Source: an uncultured Gemmatimonadales bacterium (lineage in GTDB: Bacteria > Gemmatimonadota > Gemmatimonadetes > Gemmatimonadales > GWC2-71-9). From it: a DNA stretch of 64,000 bases. Both the position numbers and the translations under genes were made by a program. The stretch lies in the NCBI GenBank assembly GCA_963842945.1, contig CAWJIM010000003.1, positions 129,103 to 193,102 on the forward strand, written 5' to 3'. Position 1 is the first letter of the stretch; every line of letters starts with the position of its first letter. This document shows, piece by piece, positions 9,591 through 19,975 of this stretch. The notes beneath the pieces were generated by a model that was not told the DNA's origin, made no database searches, and saw only the letters and a list, made by a program, of their open reading frames with translations.

Positions 9591-12500
9591 CCGGGCTGGA
9601 GCGTTTGCGCGTAAGATGGTCCACGAACCGGTCTGGGGGCACCGGGCGACCTAGCAGATAGCCCTGCACCTCGTCACAGCCCTGCTTCTGTAGCAGCGTG
9701 AGATGCGCCTCCGTTTCTACCCCCTCCGCAATGACCCGAAGTCCCAATGCGTGGCCCATGGCGATGATCGCGGTGGTGATGGCTGCGTCATCCGGTTGAA
9801 TAGCGATCTCCCGAATAAAGGACCGGTCGATTTTCAGCGTATCGAGCGGGAAGTGCTTCAGGTAGCTGAACGACGAGTAGCCGGTGCCGAAGTCGTCCAC
9901 CGCCAGGTGGAGCCCCATGGCCCGGAGGGCATGCAGCGCCTCGGTGCCTTCCCGATGGTGATTCACCAGCACGCTCTCGGTGAGCTCCAGACTCAAATAC
10001 CTCGGTTCCAGCCCGCTGATCTGTAACGCCCGGCCAATGGTCTCGGCCAACGACCGCTTCAGCTGCCGGCTGGAGAGGTTGACGCTCACCCGGATCCGGG
10101 GGAGCCCGGCGTCCTGCCAGGCGCGGTTCTGCAGGCAGGAGCTCTGCAGAATCCATTCGCCCATGGGAACGATGAGTCCGTTCTCCTCCGCGATCGGAAT
10201 GAACTCCGAGGGCAGCAGCAGGCCGAGCTCCGGATGGCGCCAGCGCAACAAGGCCTCCGCCGCGACCACCGTGTTGGTGTACGCGTCGACGATCGGCTGA
10301 TAGTGGACCTCGAACTCGTTCCGCTCCAGGGCCCGCCGCAGATCGTTCTCCAGGGTCATGCGCTGCAGCGCGGTCGTGGTCATGGACTTGGAGTAGGTCT
10401 GATAGCTGCTGCCACCCTGCTCCTTGGCCTTGTACATCGCGGTATCAGCGTGCATGAGCAGGGTGTCGATGTCCTCGCCATCGTAGGGATAAATGGCGAT
10501 GCCGATGCTGGCGTTCACGAAGATCTCATGGGTCCCGACTCGCACCGGCTGGGCAAAGCTCGAGAGAATCCGCCGGGCCAGCTTGCCGGCATCCTGAGCA
10601 TCCTGGAGTCCGGGCATAAGCACGGTAAACTCGTCGCCACCCAATCGGGCCACTTCTGGCGCTATGGTGCTCAGGCCTGGTCCCACTTCGTCCTCCCGCT
10701 CGCGGCAGCAGCTCCGGAGCCGCGACGCCACATGGCGCAGGAGTTGATCGCCCACCTCATGGCCCAACGTATCGTTGATGCGGCTGAAGTGATCGAGGTC
10801 AATGAAGAAGGCCGCCACCAGCCGCTGGTTCCGGCTGGCCTGCTCCAGGGCATAGCAGAGCCGCTCTTTGTAGGAGAGCCGATTGGGCAGGCCGGTCAGG
10901 CTGTCGTAGTACGCCAGCTCCCGGACCTGTTCCAGCATGCGCGCATTGGCCAAGGCCACCGCGGCCTGGTCGGCCAGCCGACGCATCTGGTCGCGATCTT
11001 CCTCGGTGGGCATGAGATCGAATCGCTCGCCCAGAGCGATGATCCCGGAGAGTTGCCGCTGATAGGAGAGCGCCAGCACCAGAAATGAGGTGGCACCCAG
11101 GCTGGTGAGCGGGGCGAGATAGGACGGGACGCCGTCACCCTGCCGAATCTCCAGTATCTCCGGGCCGGTCAGAAGTCCCTGCACGTCAGTCGGGCGCAGA
11201 GCAATCCGTTCGATGTGTCGTCCCCCGCGCTCATAGTCCTGGACCACGCTGGTGACCGTCTTGGTTCCATCCGGTATGCCCAGGGTTACGCTCACCATGC
11301 CGCAGGGGAACACGTCCCGGATACGGCCAAGGACCGTATCCACGATGGCGGTGGCGTCCGTGGCCGACAGCACCGCGCGGTCGATTTCAGCGGCGGTGGC
11401 CAGAGCGTTGAACTGGCGGCCGAGCTGGGTCGCCATGGTATTGAACGAGGAGGCGAGCTGCTCGAACTCGTCGCGGCTGTTCACCGTCACCCGGCTGGTA
11501 AAATCCCGCTGCGCGATCCGCTGGGTGCCCTTTTGCAGCTCTTCCAAGGGCAAGACGCTACGCCGGATCTGGCTGGCGCTGAGCAGCAGCACCACCAGGC
11601 TGGAAACCCCGACCACGATGAGGAAGGTGTTGGTGAACTCCACCATCGGCTCGAGTACTTCGTCCTTGGACTCGCTGAACAGCACGGTCCACGGCTGGCC
11701 GGCAAACGCGGCATCGAGCGGTATGGCTGAGATGGCGGTCAGATAGTTCTGCTTTAGTTCTGGCCACGCTCGTGTCTACCCAGGTTTCCTTCGGCTTGCG
11801 CCTGAGGCGCCCCGACCGGCACCGGGGGCTTCGGCGCGCTGAACAACACTTGCCCCAGCTCATCCAGCACCGCCACCCGGGTGTTAGGCGAGGGCACGCT
11901 CTGTTCCACCGAGCCCCAGAGGTAGTCTGGGCTGACCTCGCCCACGAAGGTTCCTCGTACTTCACCCTTTCGAGCCAGCCTTCTCAGCAGGTACACTCGC
12001 GGGCCTGTCTTAAAGTGCACCACCGATACCAGCGGCAAACCGAGCCCCAGATCGGAGCTGTCCCGCGCGCTCACCCGGGGACGCCGTGAGAGCCGGCCGA
12101 ACACTTCGATGCGCTTGTTGTCGTCACCTACAAACTCGACGGCTACAAATCGCTGCCGGGCGAGGAGGTCCAGCCCCGCGATCAGTGCCTTGCTGGCTTC
12201 AATGAGGTCGGTCCGCGACCGGTTGACCGGAAGGCGTGGCGTGCGATCGATGATGATCCCGCCCATGGCTACCCGCCCGTCCGCCGAGCCGGCCTGGGTC
12301 TGATTTCCGGGCTTGGGCCTGGGCGACCGCACCGGTGCGGCAACCCGGGGAAGGCGTTTGGCTGCGGCAAGCTGAAGAACCGCGCTGGGGGGAATGCTCT
12401 TGAGCGTGGCGTCGAGCAGCAGCAAGCGCTCGAATACCGCCTGCCCCAACGTCCGGTTAGCCTGCTCGAGCCGGGCCTCGCTCTGATGGTAGAGCTGCTG

Positions 12501-12626
12501 CTTGACGTGCCGGTAGGACAGCACGGCCAGGACCGCCATGGGAACCAAAGCACATCCCACGAACAACATGAGGAGCCGTCGGCCGAACTTGCTCCGCAAC
12601 GGAGTCGACGGGAAAGTCACATGCAT
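9553..12626 (-). CDS. Membrane sensor HAMP-GAF-GGDEF-EAL protein (diguanylate cyclase/phosphodiesterase), interrupted by apparent frameshift(s) near 11750-11830
   Basis: N-terminal TM and periplasmic part in ORF 11754-12626; second TM, HAMP, GAF, intact GGDEF, EALLRW and DDFGTGYSS in ORF 9553-11685. Confidence 0.85.
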
Positions 12627-12681
12627 GCCTGGGCGCGGGAGAGCCGTTGAAATTTACGGTCGTTTCTAGCCCGGCGTGCCG

Positions 12682-12697
12682 AGCAAGTGTTATGCCC
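12682..12697 (-). promoter_or_regulatory. Putative sigma-54 (-24/-12) promoter of the GGDEF-EAL gene
   Basis: Minus strand reads GGGCATAACACTTGCT (GG-N10-GC, TTGCT), ~55 bp upstream of the ATG. Confidence 0.6.
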
Positions 12698-12732
12698 CTA
12701 TAAGTGGGCCCTAATCGTTGATTTTCAGATGG

Positions 12733-13542
12733 TTAGCTCAACTTGGGCGGCAGAGATTCGCAGCGGGTTCGGGCGTTTCGCGACCTGGTCTTACGGGGTC
12801 GATTCGGTCCTGTGATAGAACCCGAAGCCTGTATCACCAATGTTTTCACTCGCCTGACGCGCGCTCGGCTGACCTCGCCCTCCCGTCCTGACGGGCAGAG
12901 AGCACCCCGAAAGCCCACGACATCCGGATCCACCCGGGAAACCGCAGGTATCTGCTCCGGGCCTAACCCTCCGGCCACCGCCGTGAGGAGACCTGCCTGT
13001 CGCGCTCTGGCGACCAGGTTGCGGAGCCGCTCAGCCTCGATCCAGTCGAACAGCTGGCCGCGCCCTTTCGAGGACGTATCGATCAGCACCCCCGCCGCAC
13101 CGGCGTCAGCGGCGGCATCCCAAACAACCTCAGGATCGGCGCAACCCGCACTCCTACTGTCGGCGTACGCCACGGCGATGATGCGCGGAGCACCATACTC
13201 GGCCTCCCGTACCACGGCGCAGGCGACCTCGAGCAAAGTTCTCAGCCGTCTCGGGCTACTGACCCCAGAGAATCCCAGCTTCAGGTATACGGGAGCAGGA
13301 CGGGAAACCACCGTCAGGGCGGCGATGCTGGTTCGAACCTCAAGCTGATTCGCCACGTCCCCGAGGGCTGCGCTCAACTCCAGGTCGAGTGGAACTCGAG
13401 CTTGAATCTGGGCGAAGACTTCTGGTGAAACGGCGCCGAGGGAGCCCCTGCCTGGCTCCTTGGCATCGATGATGTCCGCACCTCCGGAGACGGCCGCCTC
13501 CACCTCGTCGGCCGAGCGTACGCTCGCCAGCAGTCGCATCAC
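12733..13542 (-). CDS. mfnB: (5-formylfuran-3-yl)methyl phosphate synthase (Orf22/DUF556)
   Basis: LLASV, GGADIIDAKEP.RGSLGA, SAALGD, LIDT..K and PDVVGFRGALC motifs; C-terminal tail may be spurious. Confidence 0.88.
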   Translation of the reverse strand: MMRLLASVRSADEVEAAVSGGADIIDAKEPGRGSLGAVSPEVFAQIQARVPLDLELSAALGDVANQLEVRTSIAALTVVSRPAPVYLKLGFSGVSSPRRLRTLLEVACAVVREAEYGAPRIIAVAYADSRSAGCADPEVVWDAAADAGAAGVLIDTSSKGRGQLFDWIEAERLRNLVARARQAGLLTAVAGGLGPEQIPAVSRVDPDVVGFRGALCPSGREGEVSRARVRRVKTLVIQASGSITGPNRPRKTRSRNARTRCESLPPKLS

Positions 13543-13624
13543 GCTCCCTTGTAAGATGCTAAGGTCCCGATATGTTAGGATTTAGAAGGTATCATCGACC
13601 GGAGTTGCAGGGGAGGCGGCGGCT

Positions 13625-14375
13625 GTGCTGGAGCGAAAGAGCGTGCTGGTCACCGGGGCGTCGAGTGGGATCGGCCGTGCGATTGCTCTTCGCTGCGGCG
13701 AGGCCGGTGCCGACCTGGCCATCACCTATCGCAAGAATCAGGAGGGGGCAGAAGCCACCGCCCGCGAGCTTCGGGCAAAGGGGCGCCGCGCCGAGGTTTT
13801 GCGGGTGGACATCAGCCAAGAGAAAGAAATCGACCGCCTGGTGGATCATCTGCAGCGTACCTTCCCTCGAATCGATGTCTGGATCAACAACGCCGGCGCC
13901 GACATCCTCACCGGTGACGCCGGCCGGCACTCCCGGCTCCAGAAGCTCGATACCGTCATGGCGGTGGATGTCAGGGGCACCGTGCTGGCGTCATGGGCCG
14001 CAGTGGGCATGATGCGAAAGCAGGGGGGCGGCAGCATCATCAACATGGCCTGGGACCATGTCGGTCAAGGCATGAAAGGGGAAAATCCGGGGATTTATTC
14101 GGCCGCCAAGGGCGCCGTCGCCAGCTTCAGCCGCTCGCTGGCTCGCGACGTCGCGCCGGACATTCGGGTCAACATCCTGGCACCGGGATTCATCGAAACG
14201 GCCTTTGGTGAGGATGCCGATCCCGGATTTCGCCAGAAAGTGATCGAGATGACGCCCTTGGGCCGATGGGGCCAGCCGGACGACGTGGCGGGAGCGGCAG
14301 TCTTTCTGGCGTCAGACGCCTCGTCCTTTCTGACCGGGCCAGATGATCATGGTGAACGGTGGAGTGGTGATGTAA
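13625..14375 (+). CDS. SDR oxidoreductase, pteridine-reductase-like; apparent +1 frameshift near 14337
   Basis: TGASSGIG, NNAG and YSAAK motifs; typical C-terminus QMIMVNGGVVM* continues in the +1 frame to TAA at 14373-14375. Confidence 0.8.
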
Positions 14376-14390
14376 CAACAAGGAGAAACT

Positions 14391-14753
14391 ATGCCAGCAA
14401 CGAAAGAACGCACCTACAACGACAGCGAAATAAACGAACGGCTCAAGGAGTTGCCGGGCTGGTATTACGAAGACGGATGGATCCGCCGGGTCTACAAGAC
14501 CGACGGCTGGCCCACCACCACGATGCTGGTGAACGCCGTCGCATATCTCGCGGAGGCTGCGTACCATCATCCCGATCTGACCGTCACCTGGGGGCGTATC
14601 GTCGTCAAACTCCAGAACCACGCCGCGGGCGGTATTACCGATAAGGACTTCGAGCTGGCTCGGAAGATCGAGGAAGTCGTCCTGTGGCGTCCGCAGGGAG
14701 GCGCACTCGAGGGAACGCCCAACAAGTGGGTTCGGTCGGGGGATCCGAGGTAG
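14391..14753 (+). CDS. Pterin-4-alpha-carbinolamine dehydratase
   Basis: AEAAYHHPDL and H.AGGITDKDFELARKIE motifs; AGGAG RBS. Confidence 0.9.
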   Translation: MPATKERTYNDSEINERLKELPGWYYEDGWIRRVYKTDGWPTTTMLVNAVAYLAEAAYHHPDLTVTWGRIVVKLQNHAAGGITDKDFELARKIEEVVLWRPQGGALEGTPNKWVRSGDPR

Positions 14754-14785
14754 GCGGGTCAGCGGGGCAGACGGGCAGCGGGGCA

Positions 14786-16249
14786 GTGACTCCAGGAAGC
14801 GAGGTAGGAGAGGCCGGTGGAACAAACGGCCCCACTGCCCCGCCGCCCCGCCGAGTGCTGTTCGTCACCGGTACCCTTGCCGAGCCGGCGCTCCGGCGGG
14901 TGCTGGCCGAGATGGCGCCGCCGTTCGAGCCCGTGGTCGCCGTTCTGAAGATCACCGTGGCCGCGCTTATGACCACGCCCTGGATCGCCCGGCACCTGGA
15001 GATTCCCCCCGAAACCGACCTGGTGCTCATACCCGGTCTCTGTGAAGGCGATACCGCCGTTCTGCAGGAGCGTTTCAATGTCCCCGTAAAAAAGGGGCCC
15101 AAAGATCTTCGTGAGATTCCCCGTTACTTCGGGCAGGGACAGGCAGCTCTCGAGTACGGAGCCTACTCCATCGAGATCCTGGCTGAGATCAACAACGCCC
15201 CCCGGCTCACACCGGAACAGCTGCGGGCGGCGGCCGACTACTTCCAGGCCAGCGGTGCCGATGTCATCGACGTCGGATGTACTCCAGGCCTCGCATTCCC
15301 CGGGCTGGCCACGGCTGTCCGCGAGCTGCGCGCTGCCGGCATGCGGGTCAGCATCGACAGCTTTGATCCGGGAGAGATTCGAACGGCGGTAGAAGCGGGC
15401 GCCGAGCTGGTGCTGAGCGTCAATCAGTCCAACCTCGAGGTGGCCCGCGAGCTCCGGGGCACCCCGGCTCAGGTCGTCGTCATCCCCGATTTCGGAGAGG
15501 GTCTGGAGACGCTGGACCCGAGCATCGAGCGCCTGGAAGCCTGGGGTGTCCCTTACCTCATCGATCCCATCATTGAGCCGATCGGCTTCGGCTTCATGGC
15601 CTCTCTCGAGCGATACGCCGAGGTCCGGCGCCGCTATCCGAATGCCCGGCAGCTCATGGGCGTCGGCAACATCACCGAGCTCACCAGCGCCGATTCCACC
15701 GGGCTGAACGCCGTTCTGCTGGCCATCTGCCAGGAAGTTGGAGTCACCGCGGTGCTCACCACCGAAGTCATCTCCTGGGCTCGAGGCGCGGTGCGGGAGA
15801 TCGACATTGCCCGAAGGCTCATGTATTACGCGGTCACGCACCGCACGGTGCCGAAGTCGGTGGACGACCGGCTGCTGACGATCAAGGATCCGCAGGTCCT
15901 GGAGTACGATGAGGCGGAGTTGCGCCAGCTCCACGCGGCGGTGCGCGACCCCAACTTCCGCATCTTCACCGACCGCGAGACGATCACGGTGTTCAACAAC
16001 GAGGTTTTCGTTCGCGGCACCGACATTCAGGCCATTTTCGCCCAGCTCGGCGTGGATGAGGCGACGCATGCCTTCTATCTGGGACGCGAGCTGCTGAAAG
16101 CAAAGCTGGCCATCACGCTGGGCAAAACCTATCGCCAGGAGGGGGCGCTGGCCTGGGGCTATCTCACCCCGCCCGACGACATCAAGTCCGAGCACGTCCG
16201 TCTGACCCAGCGCTCTCGGAGGACCCGCAAGCGGGCAGCGGAAGGGTGA
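14786..16249 (+). CDS. Dihydropteroate-synthase-related H4MPT biosynthesis protein (Orf20, DUF6513); start uncertain
   Basis: LFVTG.LA, VAALMT, KGPKDL..IP.YFG, GADVIDVG, MGVGNITEL..ADS.G and HAFYLGREL.KA motifs. Confidence 0.85.
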   Translation: MTPGSEVGEAGGTNGPTAPPPRRVLFVTGTLAEPALRRVLAEMAPPFEPVVAVLKITVAALMTTPWIARHLEIPPETDLVLIPGLCEGDTAVLQERFNVPVKKGPKDLREIPRYFGQGQAALEYGAYSIEILAEINNAPRLTPEQLRAAADYFQASGADVIDVGCTPGLAFPGLATAVRELRAAGMRVSIDSFDPGEIRTAVEAGAELVLSVNQSNLEVARELRGTPAQVVVIPDFGEGLETLDPSIERLEAWGVPYLIDPIIEPIGFGFMASLERYAEVRRRYPNARQLMGVGNITELTSADSTGLNAVLLAICQEVGVTAVLTTEVISWARGAVREIDIARRLMYYAVTHRTVPKSVDDRLLTIKDPQVLEYDEAELRQLHAAVRDPNFRIFTDRETITVFNNEVFVRGTDIQAIFAQLGVDEATHAFYLGRELLKAKLAITLGKTYRQEGALAWGYLTPPDDIKSEHVRLTQRSRRTRKRAAEG

Positions 16250-17775
16250 GCCAGGGTGAAGCCCCCCTGGTGGAACCGCTGGGCAGTTCGGATGATCCCA
16301 TCGATGTGTGCGCCCGTTTCCTCGATCTTCCGTTTCTCCTGTTTCTGGACAGCGCGTCCAAGCACTCCCACTCCGGCGAAGCCCAACAGCTCGAGCGATT
16401 CTCCTTTTTAACCGCAGACCCTGTCTCTCTGATACGCAGTAAGGGCCGGAACACCGAGGTGCGACACGGTGAGGGCGGCTGGTCCAGCACCCCGGACGAC
16501 GCGTTGTCGGTAGCGCGGAGCCTGCTTCCACACCCGCCGCTCTCGCTGGTTCCCGGAATTCCGCCATTTCAGGGTGGCATTGCGGGCTACATCGGCTACG
16601 ACTGGGGGGCCGTCCTGGAACGCCTGCCGGTAGCGCGCTACGACGACCTGGCTGTGCCCGATGTGATCCTGGGTCTTTATGACTGGGTGATTGCCTGGGA
16701 CCACCGCCAGGGTACCGCGTGGCTGATCTCCACCGGACTGCCGGAGGAGGGCATCGGCCGGGAACATCGGGCGCGGCAGAGGATGAAGCAGGTGCGAGAG
16801 CGTTTGGTATCCACGCTTGGCAGCGGGGCGGCGGGGCGGCGGGGCAGCGCGAAAAAAGGCCGAGACTCGACTCCCGATATTTCAACCGGGAGCTCCGCTT
16901 CCGCTCCAACTTATCCAGCTGTCGAGGTGGAAGGGGGCGACGTCATCGGACTTCGCTCGACCTTTACTCGGCGGGGATACCTGGACGCAGTGGCTCGGGT
17001 CCGCGAGTACATCGTCGCCGGCGACATCTTTCAGGCCAACCTGTCGCAACGGTTTCAGACCCGGCTTCCAGTCCCGCCTTTTCAGCTCTACCAGCAGCTT
17101 CGCCAGCGGAATCCCGCCCCCTTTTCCGCCTATCTGGATTTCGGCGAGCTCCAAGTCCTGAGCGCATCCCCCGAGCGGTTTCTCCGGCTGGATCAGGAGC
17201 GGCGCGAGGTAGAGACTCGGCCCATCAAGGGAACCCGCCCTCGAGGTCTCGGCCCGATGCACGACGCGGCGTTAGGCCGCGCGCTGGCGGAGAGCGAAAA
17301 GGACCGGGCGGAGAACGTGATGATCGTGGATTTGCTGCGGAATGACCTCTCCCGGGTCTGCCGGCCGGGGACCGTCCGCGTGCCCGAGCTCTTTGCCCTG
17401 GAGCATCACCCCACCGTTCACCATCTGGTCTCGACTGTGGTGGGAGAGCTGGAGCCTGCGGCCGACGCCATCGATCTCCTGCGCGCCACCTTTCCTGGGG
17501 GGTCCATCACCGGGGCGCCCAAGGTTCGAGCCATGGAGATCATCGCCGAGCTGGAGCCGACCCAGCGAGGGGTGTACTGCGGCTCGATTGGCTACCTCAG
17601 TGCTTCCGGCGCCATGGACACCAGCATCGTTATTCGAACCTATCTGGTGCTTCGGGGCCAGGTATACTTTCAGGCCGGGGGCGGCATCGTGGCCGACTCC
17701 GACCCCGAGCTGGAGTATCGGGAGACGCTGGATAAGGCGCGAGGGCTGATTGAAACGTTAGCGGAGTCGGAATGA
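16246..17775 (+). CDS. pabB: Aminodeoxychorismate synthase component I
   Basis: PPFQGG, GDIFQANLS, SASPERF, PIKGTRPR, KDRAENVMIVDLLRNDL and FPGGSITGAPK motifs. Confidence 0.93.
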   Translation: MSQGEAPLVEPLGSSDDPIDVCARFLDLPFLLFLDSASKHSHSGEAQQLERFSFLTADPVSLIRSKGRNTEVRHGEGGWSSTPDDALSVARSLLPHPPLSLVPGIPPFQGGIAGYIGYDWGAVLERLPVARYDDLAVPDVILGLYDWVIAWDHRQGTAWLISTGLPEEGIGREHRARQRMKQVRERLVSTLGSGAAGRRGSAKKGRDSTPDISTGSSASAPTYPAVEVEGGDVIGLRSTFTRRGYLDAVARVREYIVAGDIFQANLSQRFQTRLPVPPFQLYQQLRQRNPAPFSAYLDFGELQVLSASPERFLRLDQERREVETRPIKGTRPRGLGPMHDAALGRALAESEKDRAENVMIVDLLRNDLSRVCRPGTVRVPELFALEHHPTVHHLVSTVVGELEPAADAIDLLRATFPGGSITGAPKVRAMEIIAELEPTQRGVYCGSIGYLSASGAMDTSIVIRTYLVLRGQVYFQAGGGIVADSDPELEYRETLDKARGLIETLAESE

Positions 17776-18446
17776 TTCTCCTCATCGACAACTACGACTC
17801 CTTCGTCTACAATCTCGCCCGGTATGTCCGTGAGCTGGGTGAGGTTCCGCTGGTGCGCCGGCACGACGCCGTTACGGTGGACGAGATTGAGGCGCTGGCA
17901 CCCTCCCACATCATCATCTCGCCCGGCCCGTGCACGCCGAATGAGGCAGGGATCTCAACCGAGGTGGTCCGGCAATTGGGCGAGCGGATCCCGGTGCTCG
18001 GTGTCTGCCTGGGCCACCAGTGCATCGGAGCGGCCTACGGTGGGGAGATCGTTCGCGCCGGGCGGCCCATGCATGGCAAGCCGTCTCGCATTCATCACCA
18101 GGCACAGGGTCTTTTTACCGGACTGCCCAGTCCCTTCACTGCCACCCGTTATCACTCCCTGGTGATCGCCCCCGCATCCATTCCGCCGGATCTGAAAGTC
18201 ACCGCCACTTCCGAGGATGGTGAGATCATGGCGGTTCAGCATGCGAGAAACCCGGTGTACGGCGTGCAGTTTCATCCGGAGTCGGTCCTCAGCGAGCACG
18301 GGTATCGGTTGCTGGACCACTTCCTCCACGGCATTCCAACTGCTCCCCGCCCGGTCCCGCTTGCGGCAGACGGAGCACTCGTGTCGCTGACGGCCGAAGC
18401 CGCTCCCATCGCGTCCAATCCCCCTCCCGCCAGTCTGGTCCGGTGA
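17772..18446 (+). CDS. pabA: Aminodeoxychorismate/anthranilate synthase component II
   Basis: IDNYDSF, SPGP, GVCLGHQ and GVQFHPES motifs. Confidence 0.93.
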   Translation: MILLIDNYDSFVYNLARYVRELGEVPLVRRHDAVTVDEIEALAPSHIIISPGPCTPNEAGISTEVVRQLGERIPVLGVCLGHQCIGAAYGGEIVRAGRPMHGKPSRIHHQAQGLFTGLPSPFTATRYHSLVIAPASIPPDLKVTATSEDGEIMAVQHARNPVYGVQFHPESVLSEHGYRLLDHFLHGIPTAPRPVPLAADGALVSLTAEAAPIASNPPPASLVR

Positions 18447-18988
18447 TCGTTGAGACGATCGTGACCAGCATGGACAGCGAAGAGGCCATCAACTTCGCGC
18501 CGATGGGGGTTGAGTGGGGGGACTCGACCATCGTGCTCAAACCGTTTCTCGAGACCACCACCTTCCGGAACGTGCGGGCGAGCGGGTCAGCCGTGGTCAA
18601 CCTGACCGATGACGCGATGCTCTTTGCGCAGGGAGCGATCTCCAGCCCCCAGTTCCCCTTCCATCCCGCCACAGTCGTACGCGGAGCGGTGCTGGATGCG
18701 GCCTGTTCCTGGCGAGAGCTCGAGGTGGTCTCGGTGGATGCCACACCACCTCGATCCCGGATCGAGGCCCGCGTGGTCCATCGCGGGGTCAAGCGTGAGT
18801 TCATCGGATTCAACCGGGCTCGTCACGCAGTACTGGAGGCGGCCATTCTGGCGACCCGGACTCACCTGCTGCCGGCCGAACAGATCCGGGAGGAACTGGC
18901 CCGGCTGCAAATCATCGTAGACAAGACGGCGGGGCCCAGGGAACGGGAGGCGATGGACCTGCTGACCGAGTATGTCCGATCGCGCTAG
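18443..18988 (+). CDS. DUF447 family protein (Orf19-like)
   Basis: ETIVT, APMG and GFNRARHAVLEAAILATR motifs; H4MPT cluster context. Confidence 0.82.
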   Translation: MIVETIVTSMDSEEAINFAPMGVEWGDSTIVLKPFLETTTFRNVRASGSAVVNLTDDAMLFAQGAISSPQFPFHPATVVRGAVLDAACSWRELEVVSVDATPPRSRIEARVVHRGVKREFIGFNRARHAVLEAAILATRTHLLPAEQIREELARLQIIVDKTAGPREREAMDLLTEYVRSR

Positions 18989-19946
18989 CGTCTTCGTCGA
19001 AGCCCCGGCCCGATTGCACTTCGGCGTCCTCGACCTCCGGGGCAACCTTGGACGGTGCTTCGGCGGACTCGGAGCCGCGATCCCCTCCCCATCGCTCCTG
19101 CTGGAAGCACAGCCGGCCGGCCGAGTCTCGTCCGAGGGGCCTGACGCCGAGCGTGCCGCAGAATTCGCCGAGCGGTTCCTGCGGGATCGGCGGCTCTTTG
19201 GTGGTGTCCATCTGATTGTCCATCGCGCCATTCCGAGCCATTCGGGGTTGGGCTCGGGTACTCAGCTGGGTCTGGCGGTGGCCCGCGCGTTGGCCGAGCT
19301 CCACGGTCTTAGCCTCGATCCCGTGGAGCTCGCCCGATCCACCGGACGAGGGAAGCGTTCCGCCATCGGCACCTGGGCCTTCAGCGGCGGAGGATTCATC
19401 GTCGAAGGGGGCCGTCATCCAGGGACGGAGAGGATCGCGCCGCTGATAGCCCGGCTACCCGTTCCGGCCGACTGGCGCTACGTAGTTGCGGTCCCCTCTG
19501 CCGGACGAGGGCTGAGTGGAGAGGATGAGGCCCGGGCCTTCGAACAGCTCCCGGCCCCACCGGAAGGCGACGCTGAACGGGTGGCGCACCTGGTCCTGAT
19601 GCAGCTGCTTCCGTCGCTGATAGACGCCGACCTGTCGAGCTTCGGCGCAGCGTTGTCTGCCATCCAGCGGATTACCGGGGCTTGGTTTGCCACCCAGCAA
19701 GGGGGAGTGTTTGCGCCCGGTCCCACCGAAGAGCTCATCGCTGCCATGGTTCGTTCCGGCGCAGCAGGGGTGGGTCAAAGCTCCTGGGGTCCGGCGGCAT
19801 ACGGCCTGGCCGGAAGTGACGCGGCGGCGGGCCGCCTGGCTCAGGAACTGGGTCCGCTCCTGGGATCGGCCGGAAAGGTTTTTCAGGGGCCATTTACGGA
19901 CCAAGGGGCCCGGGTCTGGAGGGGTCCCGCAGCGTCCCAGAACTGA
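18972..19946 (+). CDS. mptG: beta-ribofuranosylaminobenzene 5'-phosphate synthase
   Basis: PARLHFG, HSGLGSGTQ, RGKRSAIG, GGFIVEGG and GQSSWGP motifs. Confidence 0.92.
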   Translation: MSDRASVFVEAPARLHFGVLDLRGNLGRCFGGLGAAIPSPSLLLEAQPAGRVSSEGPDAERAAEFAERFLRDRRLFGGVHLIVHRAIPSHSGLGSGTQLGLAVARALAELHGLSLDPVELARSTGRGKRSAIGTWAFSGGGFIVEGGRHPGTERIAPLIARLPVPADWRYVVAVPSAGRGLSGEDEARAFEQLPAPPEGDAERVAHLVLMQLLPSLIDADLSSFGAALSAIQRITGAWFATQQGGVFAPGPTEELIAAMVRSGAAGVGQSSWGPAAYGLAGSDAAAGRLAQELGPLLGSAGKVFQGPFTDQGARVWRGPAASQN

Positions 19947-19975
19947 TTGACAGGTCATTTTACGGGCTGTATACT
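19947..19975 (+). promoter_or_regulatory. Near-consensus sigma-70 promoter about 600 bp upstream of xoxF
   Basis: TTGACA (19947-52), 17-bp spacer, TATACT (19970-75). Confidence 0.7.
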
